Source: Thermodesulfobacteriota bacterium (GTDB lineage: Bacteria > Desulfobacterota > Desulfobacteria > Desulfobacterales > UBA11574). Taken from it: DNA of 64,000 nt. Positions within the stretch are counted from its first letter, which is position 1. Every line of letters starts with the position of its first letter. Positions 18,116 to 26,455 of the stretch are shown here, piece after piece. The notes beneath the pieces are model-generated. The model saw only the letters and a program-made list of their open reading frames with translations, did not search any database and was not told where the DNA came from. Location: positions 3,154 through 67,153 of the forward strand of contig JBHPCZ010000003.1 of NCBI GenBank assembly GCA_042573625.1. The letters are read 5' to 3'. The translations under genes and the position numbers were made by a program.

Positions 18116-19128
18116 CTGGACAAAACCTTCCTTCCAAACCTGATTCTATCACGCCAATATTCAAGCAAATCTTGCATAGTTTTTTCAAATGGTATTCTTG
18201 GCTCCCATCCGGTATGTTCCTTAAATTTTGAGGTGTCTGGAACCTGAAGGTCGGCATCTAGAGCGCGTAGCCGGGATTTCTCCGTTTCTACCTTGATGTC
18301 ATTAATGGAGGAGAGAGACAGCAGATAATCCAGCATTTCTCCGACAGTGCAAGAAAATGCCCCACCGATGTTATAGTACTCCCCAGGGATGGGTTTGATC
18401 GTTACCAGCATGAAATATGCCTTCACGGCATCACGTACATCTGACCAAGTGCGCAGAGAATTCAAATTGCCGGTTTTAACAATTGGTGGAATTAATTTTT
18501 GTTCGATCATTGCGATCTGCTTTGCAAAACTGGATTCCGCAAAGACATCGCCCCGCCTGGGACCCGTATGAGTAAACATCCGGGTCACAACAACCCGTTG
18601 ACCGTAAGCCTCAGCATGGAATCGCCCTAGAAGGTCGGTACCAATCTTGGAGATGGCATAAGGAGACGCCGGGTGGAATGAACATTCCTCATGAATCGGA
18701 AGCTGGTCACGCGGCACACGGCCGAACACTTCCGAAGACGAGCACACGTGAATAACTGGATCAATACCTTTGCATTTTCTCAAGGCTTCGAGCAGCTTTT
18801 CCGTGCCCTGAACATTTGTGTCCAGAGTTTGTATCGGAGAGGTGAAACTCGTTTCAGGATAGCTCTGGGCTGCAAGGTGAAAAACATAATCAGGGCTGCT
18901 TTCCTCCACCGCATTTTGCAAAGAAATATAGTCGTTGAGATCTCCATTAATAAAATACAGCCTATCTTTCTTGTTAGCCCTGTCCAACAGATGCTCAACA
19001 TTATCCAGCGGACTCCGCCAGCGGCACATGCCATAGATATCCCAATCGGTCTTTTCCAATAAAAAGTCAGACAGATGGGAACCGACCATGCCGGTTATGC
19101 CTGTTATAAGTGCTCTGTTCTTTCTCAT
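18112..19128 (-). CDS. NAD(P)-dependent SDR epimerase/dehydratase, GDP-sugar 4,6-dehydratase (Gmd)-like
   Basis: ALITGITGMVGSHLSDFLL (GxxGxxG Rossmann loop), SSSEVFG and the YAISK catalytic YxxxK. 338 aa. Confidence 0.8.
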   Translation of the reverse strand: MRKNRALITGITGMVGSHLSDFLLEKTDWDIYGMCRWRSPLDNVEHLLDRANKKDRLYFINGDLNDYISLQNAVEESSPDYVFHLAAQSYPETSFTSPIQTLDTNVQGTEKLLEALRKCKGIDPVIHVCSSSEVFGRVPRDQLPIHEECSFHPASPYAISKIGTDLLGRFHAEAYGQRVVVTRMFTHTGPRRGDVFAESSFAKQIAMIEQKLIPPIVKTGNLNSLRTWSDVRDAVKAYFMLVTIKPIPGEYYNIGGAFSCTVGEMLDYLLSLSSINDIKVETEKSRLRALDADLQVPDTSKFKEHTGWEPRIPFEKTMQDLLEYWRDRIRFGRKVLSR

Positions 19129-19327
19129 TTCAATACGCTTTATTCATAGATACGGCTTCTTTAGCTTTTAACATACTTGAATTCTAAGCAAACTGCAGGA
19201 TGCTATATTCCAATTAACAAAACCTGTCAAGGTAATGCGGCTATCTTTGGTAAATCAGGCAGGGCAAATTGTCTATTTGTTGTTTCACTACTTAGTCCTG
19301 TGATTATTGATTTTCACAATACTTATT

Positions 19328-19410
19328 TACATCCATAAAATCAAATGGTTTTAAAGCAGATGCCCACGGGCGGAAGCCCGTGGGCATCTGCTAATTTTGA
19401 TAGGGATGTA
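19328..19410. repeat. long imperfect palindrome with a perfect 15-bp GC-rich core stem (19356-19370 / 19377-19391)
   Basis: gcagatgcccacggg-cggaag-cccgtgggcatctgc read directly. The flanks tacatcc...atcaaa and tttgat...ggatgta extend the symmetry. T/A-rich runs on both sides make it a possible bidirectional terminator or a REP-like element. Confidence 0.7.
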
Positions 19411-20021
19411 AATGCTGACAATGCTATATAAAGTGAAAACAAGACGATTTTAAGACAAAAAGCGGGAAAAATTGCCCTTATCTAAAAAAGATCGAAATAG
19501 CCTTACAATTTTAATATAATATTATCATACAAAGTCTGCACATATAACAGCCTCACACCACAGAAAGTTTCGGGTGTAGAGAGTCTTCACTGAAACACGG
19601 ATGTGCTTATCAGATGCAAGCCGTTTGTTGTAACAACCCTGTGTGAGTTGAAACGCATACAAGCTTTTTTTAGCCTCACGCAAGTATGTGAAAGAGGTAA
19701 GTCCATCAACATTGGGCTACGCCTCTTTTGTATGTTTCCGATGGGACTTTTTGGAGATTAACTAAGAAAAAGGAGTTGAAAAATGAAGCTTTATTCAACA
19801 AGGCAGGATATAGCGTTAAGTCACGAGAGAAAGCAAGCCTCATTACGGGAAGGATGAAACAGGGTGTCGGTCGTTGGCAGTACGGTCGCCAACAAATCGA
19901 AAGATGGCATACTCCCAATATAGATATGATCCTGTTCAAGGTGGAGCCACAGTGGATAACACTAACAGAAATGGTCTTAACCAATTTCAGAATGTTTCTC
20001 ATACTTTTTGGTCTACTTTCT

Positions 20022-21086
20022 TCATCTCAACTTCTGTAGAGTACGCTTAACTCTCCATTGGAGCCATGTGCGGGGGGTTTTTAGAACACTTGGCCGATAA
20101 TTTGCTACGATCTTCACTTTTGAAAGCGTTTCTTCATTCTTTGCCCATATCCTATTATTTTTGTTGTTTTTGTGAAATTCTATGCATTTAAACCGCTTAC
20201 CAAATATATTTATGATAGGGACCATATCGCTGTCTCCGTTATCCTCATAAATAATACCGTCCTCAGCAAGTATGTCCTCAATAACGTCAACGTATTGGAC
20301 AACTTGGTCCTTGGTCATCTCTCCGAAGGAGCCGGTGTTGATGACAAGATCGAATTTGTCGGTATTACTCAGATCATTGATTAAAAAGTTTGGCAGAAAA
20401 ACGAAACCATTTTTTGGAGCGTTGAGCAAATCGGACTTACTTCCGTCATAGACAACTCCGCTTGCACCGTCCAGCCCTCCAGTTAAGGTAAGATAAACCG
20501 AAGAGAATGCCAGAGATTCAGGAAGGTCAACTAGATAGTATCCAGAAGGTTTAAGTATCTTCCAAAGAAAATAGGCAAGACCGCCATAACCAGAACCGAT
20601 TTCTAGGACACGATTTGAGTCTTTCGAGCGAACATAATCCAGCACCCTAGAGAAATATAAGTTTCCTATGTGATTCTGGCACATTAGGACATCTTTATTT
20701 ACCACACCTCCATTTATTTCCCAGCCAATTTCACCGAGCATGCGTGGTGGTCGAGCAATCATCTCCGAAGGCAAGCCTGCCGTCAACTGATGATACTCCT
20801 CCTTAAGAGAGTCAGGAAGTGGATTAAATATATGGGGAGCCGCACCTCCGAGGTAGTGTCCTGTAAACATAAAGGTATGCAACCGCCAAGTGTTTACGAT
20901 GTCGTAACTAGGATTAAGAACATAGCTGTAAAGTTTAATTAGCTTCCACATAGGGCTAGGAAGCGAGAGCTCTTCTTGAATATCGCCTTGCTCTATTAAA
21001 CATTCCCGAATATCTAAAAGACCACGAATTTTATTTAAAGTTTCTAAGGCTAACATGAATTCATTCTGATTAATTGGTACAAACAC
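20022..21086 (-). CDS. putative class-I SAM-dependent methyltransferase
   Basis: VLEIGSGYGGLAYFL (motif I) followed by YYLVDLPE (acidic motif II) and VINTGSFGEM. 354 aa. Confidence 0.55.
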   Translation of the reverse strand: MFVPINQNEFMLALETLNKIRGLLDIRECLIEQGDIQEELSLPSPMWKLIKLYSYVLNPSYDIVNTWRLHTFMFTGHYLGGAAPHIFNPLPDSLKEEYHQLTAGLPSEMIARPPRMLGEIGWEINGGVVNKDVLMCQNHIGNLYFSRVLDYVRSKDSNRVLEIGSGYGGLAYFLWKILKPSGYYLVDLPESLAFSSVYLTLTGGLDGASGVVYDGSKSDLLNAPKNGFVFLPNFLINDLSNTDKFDLVINTGSFGEMTKDQVVQYVDVIEDILAEDGIIYEDNGDSDMVPIINIFGKRFKCIEFHKNNKNNRIWAKNEETLSKVKIVANYRPSVLKTPRTWLQWRVKRTLQKLR

Positions 21087-21139
21087 ACTTACACCTCCTA
21101 ACCTGCATATTTCATGATGGTTTAAATATAAATGATTTT

Positions 21140-21262
21140 TTACTTTCCAAACGTAACAGTGGCGGCGATACGCTTGGCTAACTGTAATCGACGGTCTACT
21201 TTTCGTAAAAGCATAACACCGCCATCGGAAGTAATGTCGCCACTTTTAAATTCGGTTTGCAC
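21140..21262 (-). mobile_element. remnant of an IS1380-like DDE transposase N-terminus (41 codons, then stop)
   Basis: The minus-strand translation VQTEFKSGDITSDGGVMLLRKVDRRLQLAKRIAATVTFGK* matches the conserved N-terminal ...TSDGGLLLLRELDRRLGL... segment I recall for IS1380-family transposases. No catalytic domain follows. Confidence 0.5.
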
Positions 21263-21269
21263 TTTGTGT

Positions 21270-22376
21270 CTATCGCACTAAATGTTTGGTTTTTAGCAAT
21301 AAGGATTCTATTTGCTCCTTTACAACAGGAATGACTTCATCAATTGTCAATTCTTCAAGGCAGCGGCTAGTTTCGTCGCCCTCACATCCTTTTTCGTTAC
21401 AAGGCACACATGGAAGTTCTTTTTGAACAACGCAATGCCCGTCACCTTTAGGAGCCAAGGCAAAAGCTGACGAAGGTCCGAAAATACTTACCGTGGGTGT
21501 GCCAACCGCTGCCGCAATATGCATTCCTGAACTGTCTCCGCCAACGAACAAATCACATGCCTTTAATAAAGCGGTAAACGCCCCGATGGACGTTTTCCCG
21601 GCAAAATTAAATACATTTCCACCGCACCTTTTCCTTATCTGATCCGCTCGTGTTCTTTCCTCAGGTGATCCTGTAATAATTACAGAGAGTTCGTATTCTG
21701 TGTTTATCCATTTAATCAACTGAATATATTTATCAATACCCCATTCCTTATACGACCAAAGAGAAAATGGCTGCACGGCAATAACCGGGTGGTCTATTGG
21801 TATGCCTTCCTTTCTAAATAGTTCTGAAACGCACTGTTGCCTGTAAAGGGGAACATCAAGTTCTGGCCAAATATTTTCTATTGTCAGATTAAAGACTTTC
21901 AGAATGTCTTGATAGTATTCCACAAAATGCCATCCCCCAATTTTTATCCCAAGTTTATGTAGATGGGTATAAACTTTGTTCCGCCATAGCTTTCCATCTA
22001 GTGAATAAAAACCAATTCGTAGACGTGCGCCTGAAAGTAAAACCAGAATTGCGTCGCGGGTTCCTGTTCTCAAATCAATTGCCACATCAAAATTATATTT
22101 TCTTAACCGTAAAAAAAAATTTTTTTGATAGACGATTTCCTGATACAATTTTCTTTTTTTCTTATTAACAGAAATTACATCTGTGGCCCATGGGCAGTCT
22201 TCTATCAATTCCTTGGCCTTTTCCCTCACTGCAACAATCAAGCTCGAATGTGGGAAATTTTTCCGCAATGCCCTGATAATGGGAAAAGAAAGAACCACGT
22301 CTCCGATGTCACCCAGCTGAATTAATAAAATGTTTCGAACATCTTTTTTTATTAAATTATTTCCCTTGCTCAACAT
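21270..22376 (-). CDS. glycosyltransferase family 9 (heptosyltransferase-like)
   Basis: ILLIQLGDIGDVVLSFPIIRAL N-terminal GT9 signature and C-terminal GGDSGMHIAAAVGTP. Confidence 0.85.
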   Translation of the reverse strand: MLSKGNNLIKKDVRNILLIQLGDIGDVVLSFPIIRALRKNFPHSSLIVAVREKAKELIEDCPWATDVISVNKKKRKLYQEIVYQKNFFLRLRKYNFDVAIDLRTGTRDAILVLLSGARLRIGFYSLDGKLWRNKVYTHLHKLGIKIGGWHFVEYYQDILKVFNLTIENIWPELDVPLYRQQCVSELFRKEGIPIDHPVIAVQPFSLWSYKEWGIDKYIQLIKWINTEYELSVIITGSPEERTRADQIRKRCGGNVFNFAGKTSIGAFTALLKACDLFVGGDSSGMHIAAAVGTPTVSIFGPSSAFALAPKGDGHCVVQKELPCVPCNEKGCEGDETSRCLEELTIDEVIPVVKEQIESLLLKTKHLVR

Positions 22377-23308
22377 AACTTATAAAACCTATCTACTTCA
22401 GGACATCCGTCTATATGCCAACGTATCAATCGGACATAAATTCTCAATTTATTTCTTATATTTCTTTGCATACCCAAAGTACCGACAACGCCGATAAGAT
22501 TTAGGCCCGCATTTATCAGCAGTCGAAAAAAAATGACCAAACGTATCAAATGATAAGAATGTCCATGCCATTTTTTAAAAAAAATATATCGGGATCGATA
22601 AAACAAGATCCTTGATCTTACGTTGTGCCCCACGCTCTGACCCTGAAAATGATATATTTTTGCAGATGGCACAAAGCACACTTTCCAGCCAGCCTGATTC
22701 ATTCTGTATGCCCAGTCTGTCTCTTCAAAGAAAAAGAAATAGTCTTCATCAAAAATCCCGACCGCTTCCATGGCTTTCTTTCTGACCATCAGACAAGCGC
22801 CGATACATGAATCCACCTCAATCGGCGCTGAATATTCTTTTCTTTTACCGGGGTATTTTTTTGGAAACAGTATCTGTAAAAGTGATTCATTGCATATCAG
22901 GTAAATCAAAGTGGGAAAGTTAGCAATAGAATTCTGTTTGGATCCATCCTGGCTGAGGAGTTGACCGCATGCCATGCCCGCTTCAGGACGATTCTCCATA
23001 AAGTTGTAAATCGTTTCAACAGCTCCTTGCGTCAAGGCTGTATCCGTGTTGAGCAGTAAAGCATAACGCCCCTGCATACGCTTAAAGGCCTGATTGTTTG
23101 CCGCAGCAAAGCCCATATTCACTTTGTTTCGGATAACCTTGACATCCGGATAAGCGTGCTTCACAGCTTCCGCGCTCCCATCGGTGGAGGCATTGTCCAC
23201 CAGCCATATCTCAATGGACATATTTTTAACCGTTTCAAAGATTGATTCAAGACAATCAAGTAACAGCTTTTTTGTATTCCAATTAACAATAATAATGGAC
23301 AGGTCCAT
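22370..23308 (-). CDS. glycosyltransferase family 2
   Basis: MDLSIIIVNWNTKKLLLDCLESI, LVDNASTDGS and FFFFEETDWAYR are typical of the GT2 (rhamnosyltransferase-type) family. Confidence 0.85.
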   Translation of the reverse strand: MDLSIIIVNWNTKKLLLDCLESIFETVKNMSIEIWLVDNASTDGSAEAVKHAYPDVKVIRNKVNMGFAAANNQAFKRMQGRYALLLNTDTALTQGAVETIYNFMENRPEAGMACGQLLSQDGSKQNSIANFPTLIYLICNESLLQILFPKKYPGKRKEYSAPIEVDSCIGACLMVRKKAMEAVGIFDEDYFFFFEETDWAYRMNQAGWKVCFVPSAKIYHFQGQSVGHNVRSRILFYRSRYIFFKKWHGHSYHLIRLVIFFRLLINAGLNLIGVVGTLGMQRNIRNKLRIYVRLIRWHIDGCPEVDRFYKLC

Positions 23309-23337
23309 ACAATTGCCTATATTTTTTGTAATGGTTC

Positions 23338-24310
23338 AGCCACAAAGGCACGAAGACACTAAAATTATAATATAATTCTTTGGGTAAAGTCCGACAATCC
23401 GGACCTAATTTACTACCTTATATACTTCTTTAACAATTTTATTAAGTAGTTTTCTTGCTCTTTTAAATCTAGATGACGGTAGTTATATCGCCAGACATAT
23501 TCTCCGAGATACAAATGCAATCGTGACTGCCTGATACCACCCTTTGCAGCCAGTTTACGTTTCAGGTAACCCCAAAAGCCTTCAAGGCCGTTGATGTGGT
23601 TTCCGTTAGTTACATAGTTATCTCTACTATGCTTAACCAAGCGATGTACATAACCTTTAGCAGCAATGCCAGTGTATCCTCGCCAGGTATCTGATAAAAC
23701 AGTCGAGCCTTTTTTGACCTGTTTGAAAATCCTTGGCTGTAGCTGTTTGGCTTCAACCCCGTCTATAAAATCGGCCCAGACCTTGCCTTTGCGGCAAAGA
23801 ATGCCGAAAACAGCCTGTTTATTCGTGCCTCTGCCGCGTTTGGCTTTTGGCAAATTACGTTTAACAGAAAGGCGCTTGTTTTTCCATTGGCCACCGAGAT
23901 AGGTTTCATCCACCTCAACGGTGCCTTCGAAGATTTCAGGAAGATCCTGAGTCATAGCAACCCTCAACAGAGTCAAAACTTTCAGTAACATGTACTTTGA
24001 TATGTCAACTCTGCTGAGGATGATATTGGTTGAATGATCAAGCAAAAACTCCTGTATAACGGTTCTTAATTTGGCCGGGGAAATACTAATTTTCCTTCTA
24101 TGATCACTAAATGTTTTCCTACATTTAGCACATCGGAAACGGCCATCTTTAAGTGACCATAATTTGTTATTTGAGCATTCTGGGCAAATCCGCTTCATAC
24201 CTGAATCTTTTAGCATTACAGGTACGAATTTTCAAACTTTACCCTTTATTTTTATGCCATTTTTAATAAAAAGTTTATAATTCATACCCCTTCTTTGTGT
24301 CTTAGTGGCT
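23338..24310 (-). mobile_element. IS1595-family insertion sequence (~0.97 kb) with imperfect terminal inverted repeats
   Basis: A single transposase ORF flanked by agccacaaaggcacgaagacac...aattataa (23338-23370) and its approximate reverse complement ttataatt...ctttgtgtcttagtggct (24275-24310). The outer 19 nt match at 16 positions by eye. No target-site duplication was recognised. Confidence 0.6.
23413..24216 (-). CDS. IS1595-family transposase (ISXO2-like DDE domain with N-terminal zinc ribbon)
   Basis: CPECSNNKLWSLKDGRFRCAKCRKTFS zinc ribbon, VEVDETYLGG and GKVWADFIDG...TVLSDTWRGY are typical of IS1595 transposases. The start may be M7 (24198). Confidence 0.85.
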   Translation of the reverse strand: MLKDSGMKRICPECSNNKLWSLKDGRFRCAKCRKTFSDHRRKISISPAKLRTVIQEFLLDHSTNIILSRVDISKYMLLKVLTLLRVAMTQDLPEIFEGTVEVDETYLGGQWKNKRLSVKRNLPKAKRGRGTNKQAVFGILCRKGKVWADFIDGVEAKQLQPRIFKQVKKGSTVLSDTWRGYTGIAAKGYVHRLVKHSRDNYVTNGNHINGLEGFWGYLKRKLAAKGGIRQSRLHLYLGEYVWRYNYRHLDLKEQENYLIKLLKKYIR

Positions 24311-24313
24311 AAT

Positions 24314-25366
24314 TTAATACTCTTTTTTAATTATCTTCACAGCTGAGTCCAATACCTGATCTACAGAAATCTCTTTCATGCAAACAGTTGTTTCGCATTC
24401 TCTTTTAAAGCAGGGGCGGCATTCCAATTCTGCCTGTACGATTTGATGGCCGATACCAAACGGACCTGTTCTCCATGAAGCTGTCGGTCCGAAAATCGCG
24501 ACAACCGGCGTGTTCACGGCCGCAGCCAGATGCATGGGACCGGTATCGGTTGAAACGAGAAAATCTGCTTTCTCATATATCGCAGCCAAAGTTTTTAAAT
24601 TCGTCTCCCCGGCAAGGTTCGCAGCTTTAAATTTCATACCGTCCATTATATCCTGTATCGTTCCGCGATCCGCCAGGCTCCCTGTAAAAACCACCCCGGC
24701 ATCGTACCGATCAATGAGCGTGTCTGCCAACTCTCGGAACTTACTGTTGTGCCAGAGTTTCGTATGCCATTTAGCCAAAGGGTTTATCGCCACAAGCAGC
24801 TTTGATTCCTTCATACCGTGCTGATCTATGAGATCGTCGGCCCGTGCCCGATCCCGATCAAAAACCGGGAGATTGAAAACAATCTCTTTGGAATTTATCC
24901 CCACGGATTCAAGCAACATCATATTCCTTATAATAGCATGGTTATCCATATCCACCGGCGGGACCCGCTCATTCAGAAACAGGTAACTGTGTTCCATGTG
25001 TTCCATGCCTCTGTCAAATCCAATTTTTCTCTTTCCTCTGGACAATCCGATTAAAACACCGCTTTTGAGCAAAGCCTGGAAATCGATTATCAAATCATAC
25101 TCCGTATCCCGAAGTTCCTTTATGAATTGATACGCTTCTTTAATACTATTTGTCAGCGATAAATTTCGAAGGTTTGTTAACCATTGTTTTCTTTTGGAAA
25201 CAAGAATACGATCCAGAGCCGCATGACCTTCAATCAAACCATAAGCATCCTCTTCCACCAACCATGTAATGTGGGCATGAGGATAATACTCTCTGATGGC
25301 ATTCAGGGCGGGAAGGGTATGGATTACGTCTCCAATGGCACTCAATTTCACAATGAGTATCTTCAC
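24314..25366 (-). CDS. waaC: glycosyltransferase family 9, LPS heptosyltransferase I-like
   Basis: MKILIVKLSAIGDVIHTLPALNAI and DTGPMHLAAAVNTP. Overlaps the waaF-like gene upstream. Confidence 0.75.
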   Translation of the reverse strand: MKILIVKLSAIGDVIHTLPALNAIREYYPHAHITWLVEEDAYGLIEGHAALDRILVSKRKQWLTNLRNLSLTNSIKEAYQFIKELRDTEYDLIIDFQALLKSGVLIGLSRGKRKIGFDRGMEHMEHSYLFLNERVPPVDMDNHAIIRNMMLLESVGINSKEIVFNLPVFDRDRARADDLIDQHGMKESKLLVAINPLAKWHTKLWHNSKFRELADTLIDRYDAGVVFTGSLADRGTIQDIMDGMKFKAANLAGETNLKTLAAIYEKADFLVSTDTGPMHLAAAVNTPVVAIFGPTASWRTGPFGIGHQIVQAELECRPCFKRECETTVCMKEISVDQVLDSAVKIIKKEY

Positions 25367-26403
25367 AACATTTCCTTGACAGCCTCAAAAACTTTGTCGA
25401 CACCTATTCGATCCATGCAACTCAAGTGTTCTTCGGGGCATTCCGGTTTCAGGCACGGGCTGCACTCGATAGGAACCCGGACAATCCTGCTTCTTGAACT
25501 CCATGGCCCCGTGGTTACAGGGTTGGTCGACCCAAAAATGGAAATTAAAGGCACATCAAGTGCCGCAGCCACATGCATTAAGCCTGAATCATTGGTGATA
25601 AAAAGATTACATTGCTGAATCAAAGCCATGGCTTCCCCAAGATCGGTCTTTCCACAGAGATCAATGGGTGGATGTCGCGTTATTTGTGAAATGATTTTTC
25701 CGAGCACTTGGTCTTCAGGGCCGCCGAAAAAAATGACGCGAGCGCCAAAAACCTCCTGTATTTTATCTGACAATCGGGCATATCGGTCTGAAAACCACTG
25801 TTTGGCAGGCCCAAAAGTGGCACTCGGATTGATCCCTACCAATCTATCTGATTTTGATATGCCAAGCTGATCGAAGATTTCCAGGGCGCGTTGCTTGTAT
25901 TCCTCATTTACCACAAGGTCCAGGTCCTGACCATCGGTACCCAGCCCCACTCCTTCTATAATACTCAAATAATACTGGGTCTGGTGCACGCTTTTGATCT
26001 CAAATCCACATGGAACAGGATGGGATAAAAGTAAACCTCTGGCATCGGTATTGAATCCGATTCTGCATGGAATTCCGGATAGAAAAGCAATCAGGGCGGC
26101 TTCAAAAGCGTTTTGTAACAGAATTGCTGCATCAAACGTGTATTGCCTGAGATCTCTTGCAAGCCGAAATTTCCCAATAAGCCCTTTGTGCCTGCTCTCC
26201 GAGTTGTACAATATCAGACGATCTATGTGAGGGTTGTTCTCAAAAACAGGGGAAACCCACGGTTTGACAAGAATGCTGATCTCAGAATGAGGAAAGTTTT
26301 TCCGGATCGCTCGAATGGCCGGCGTGGTCATTACAGCATCCCCGATCCAGTTTGTAGAACGGATAAGGATGCTTTTTATCTTATCTATATAAAGTCTTTT
26401 CAT
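25363..26403 (-). CDS. waaF: glycosyltransferase family 9, LPS heptosyltransferase II-like
   Basis: ILIRSTNWIGDAVMTTPAIRAI (the NWxGD signature of WaaF) and NDSGLMHVAAALDVP. Confidence 0.8.
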   Translation of the reverse strand: MKRLYIDKIKSILIRSTNWIGDAVMTTPAIRAIRKNFPHSEISILVKPWVSPVFENNPHIDRLILYNSESRHKGLIGKFRLARDLRQYTFDAAILLQNAFEAALIAFLSGIPCRIGFNTDARGLLLSHPVPCGFEIKSVHQTQYYLSIIEGVGLGTDGQDLDLVVNEEYKQRALEIFDQLGISKSDRLVGINPSATFGPAKQWFSDRYARLSDKIQEVFGARVIFFGGPEDQVLGKIISQITRHPPIDLCGKTDLGEAMALIQQCNLFITNDSGLMHVAAALDVPLISIFGSTNPVTTGPWSSRSRIVRVPIECSPCLKPECPEEHLSCMDRIGVDKVFEAVKEML

Positions 26404-26455
26404 TTATTAACTAGAATTTTTCCTCCAAATCAGATGGGTTTGGGCTATCGCCATT

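Noticed and set aside
19783-19857. 24-codon mini-ORF (MKLYSTRQDIALSHERKQASLREG) preceded by AAGGAG
   Set aside because: The SD-like spacing is good, but the peptide is too short to evaluate without conservation or ribosome profiling data.
19706-20039. Two mutually overlapping ~100-aa ORFs (one per strand) in the 0.9-kb spacer
   Set aside because: Neither has recognisable motifs or a convincing RBS, and they exclude each other. I treated the region as non-coding.
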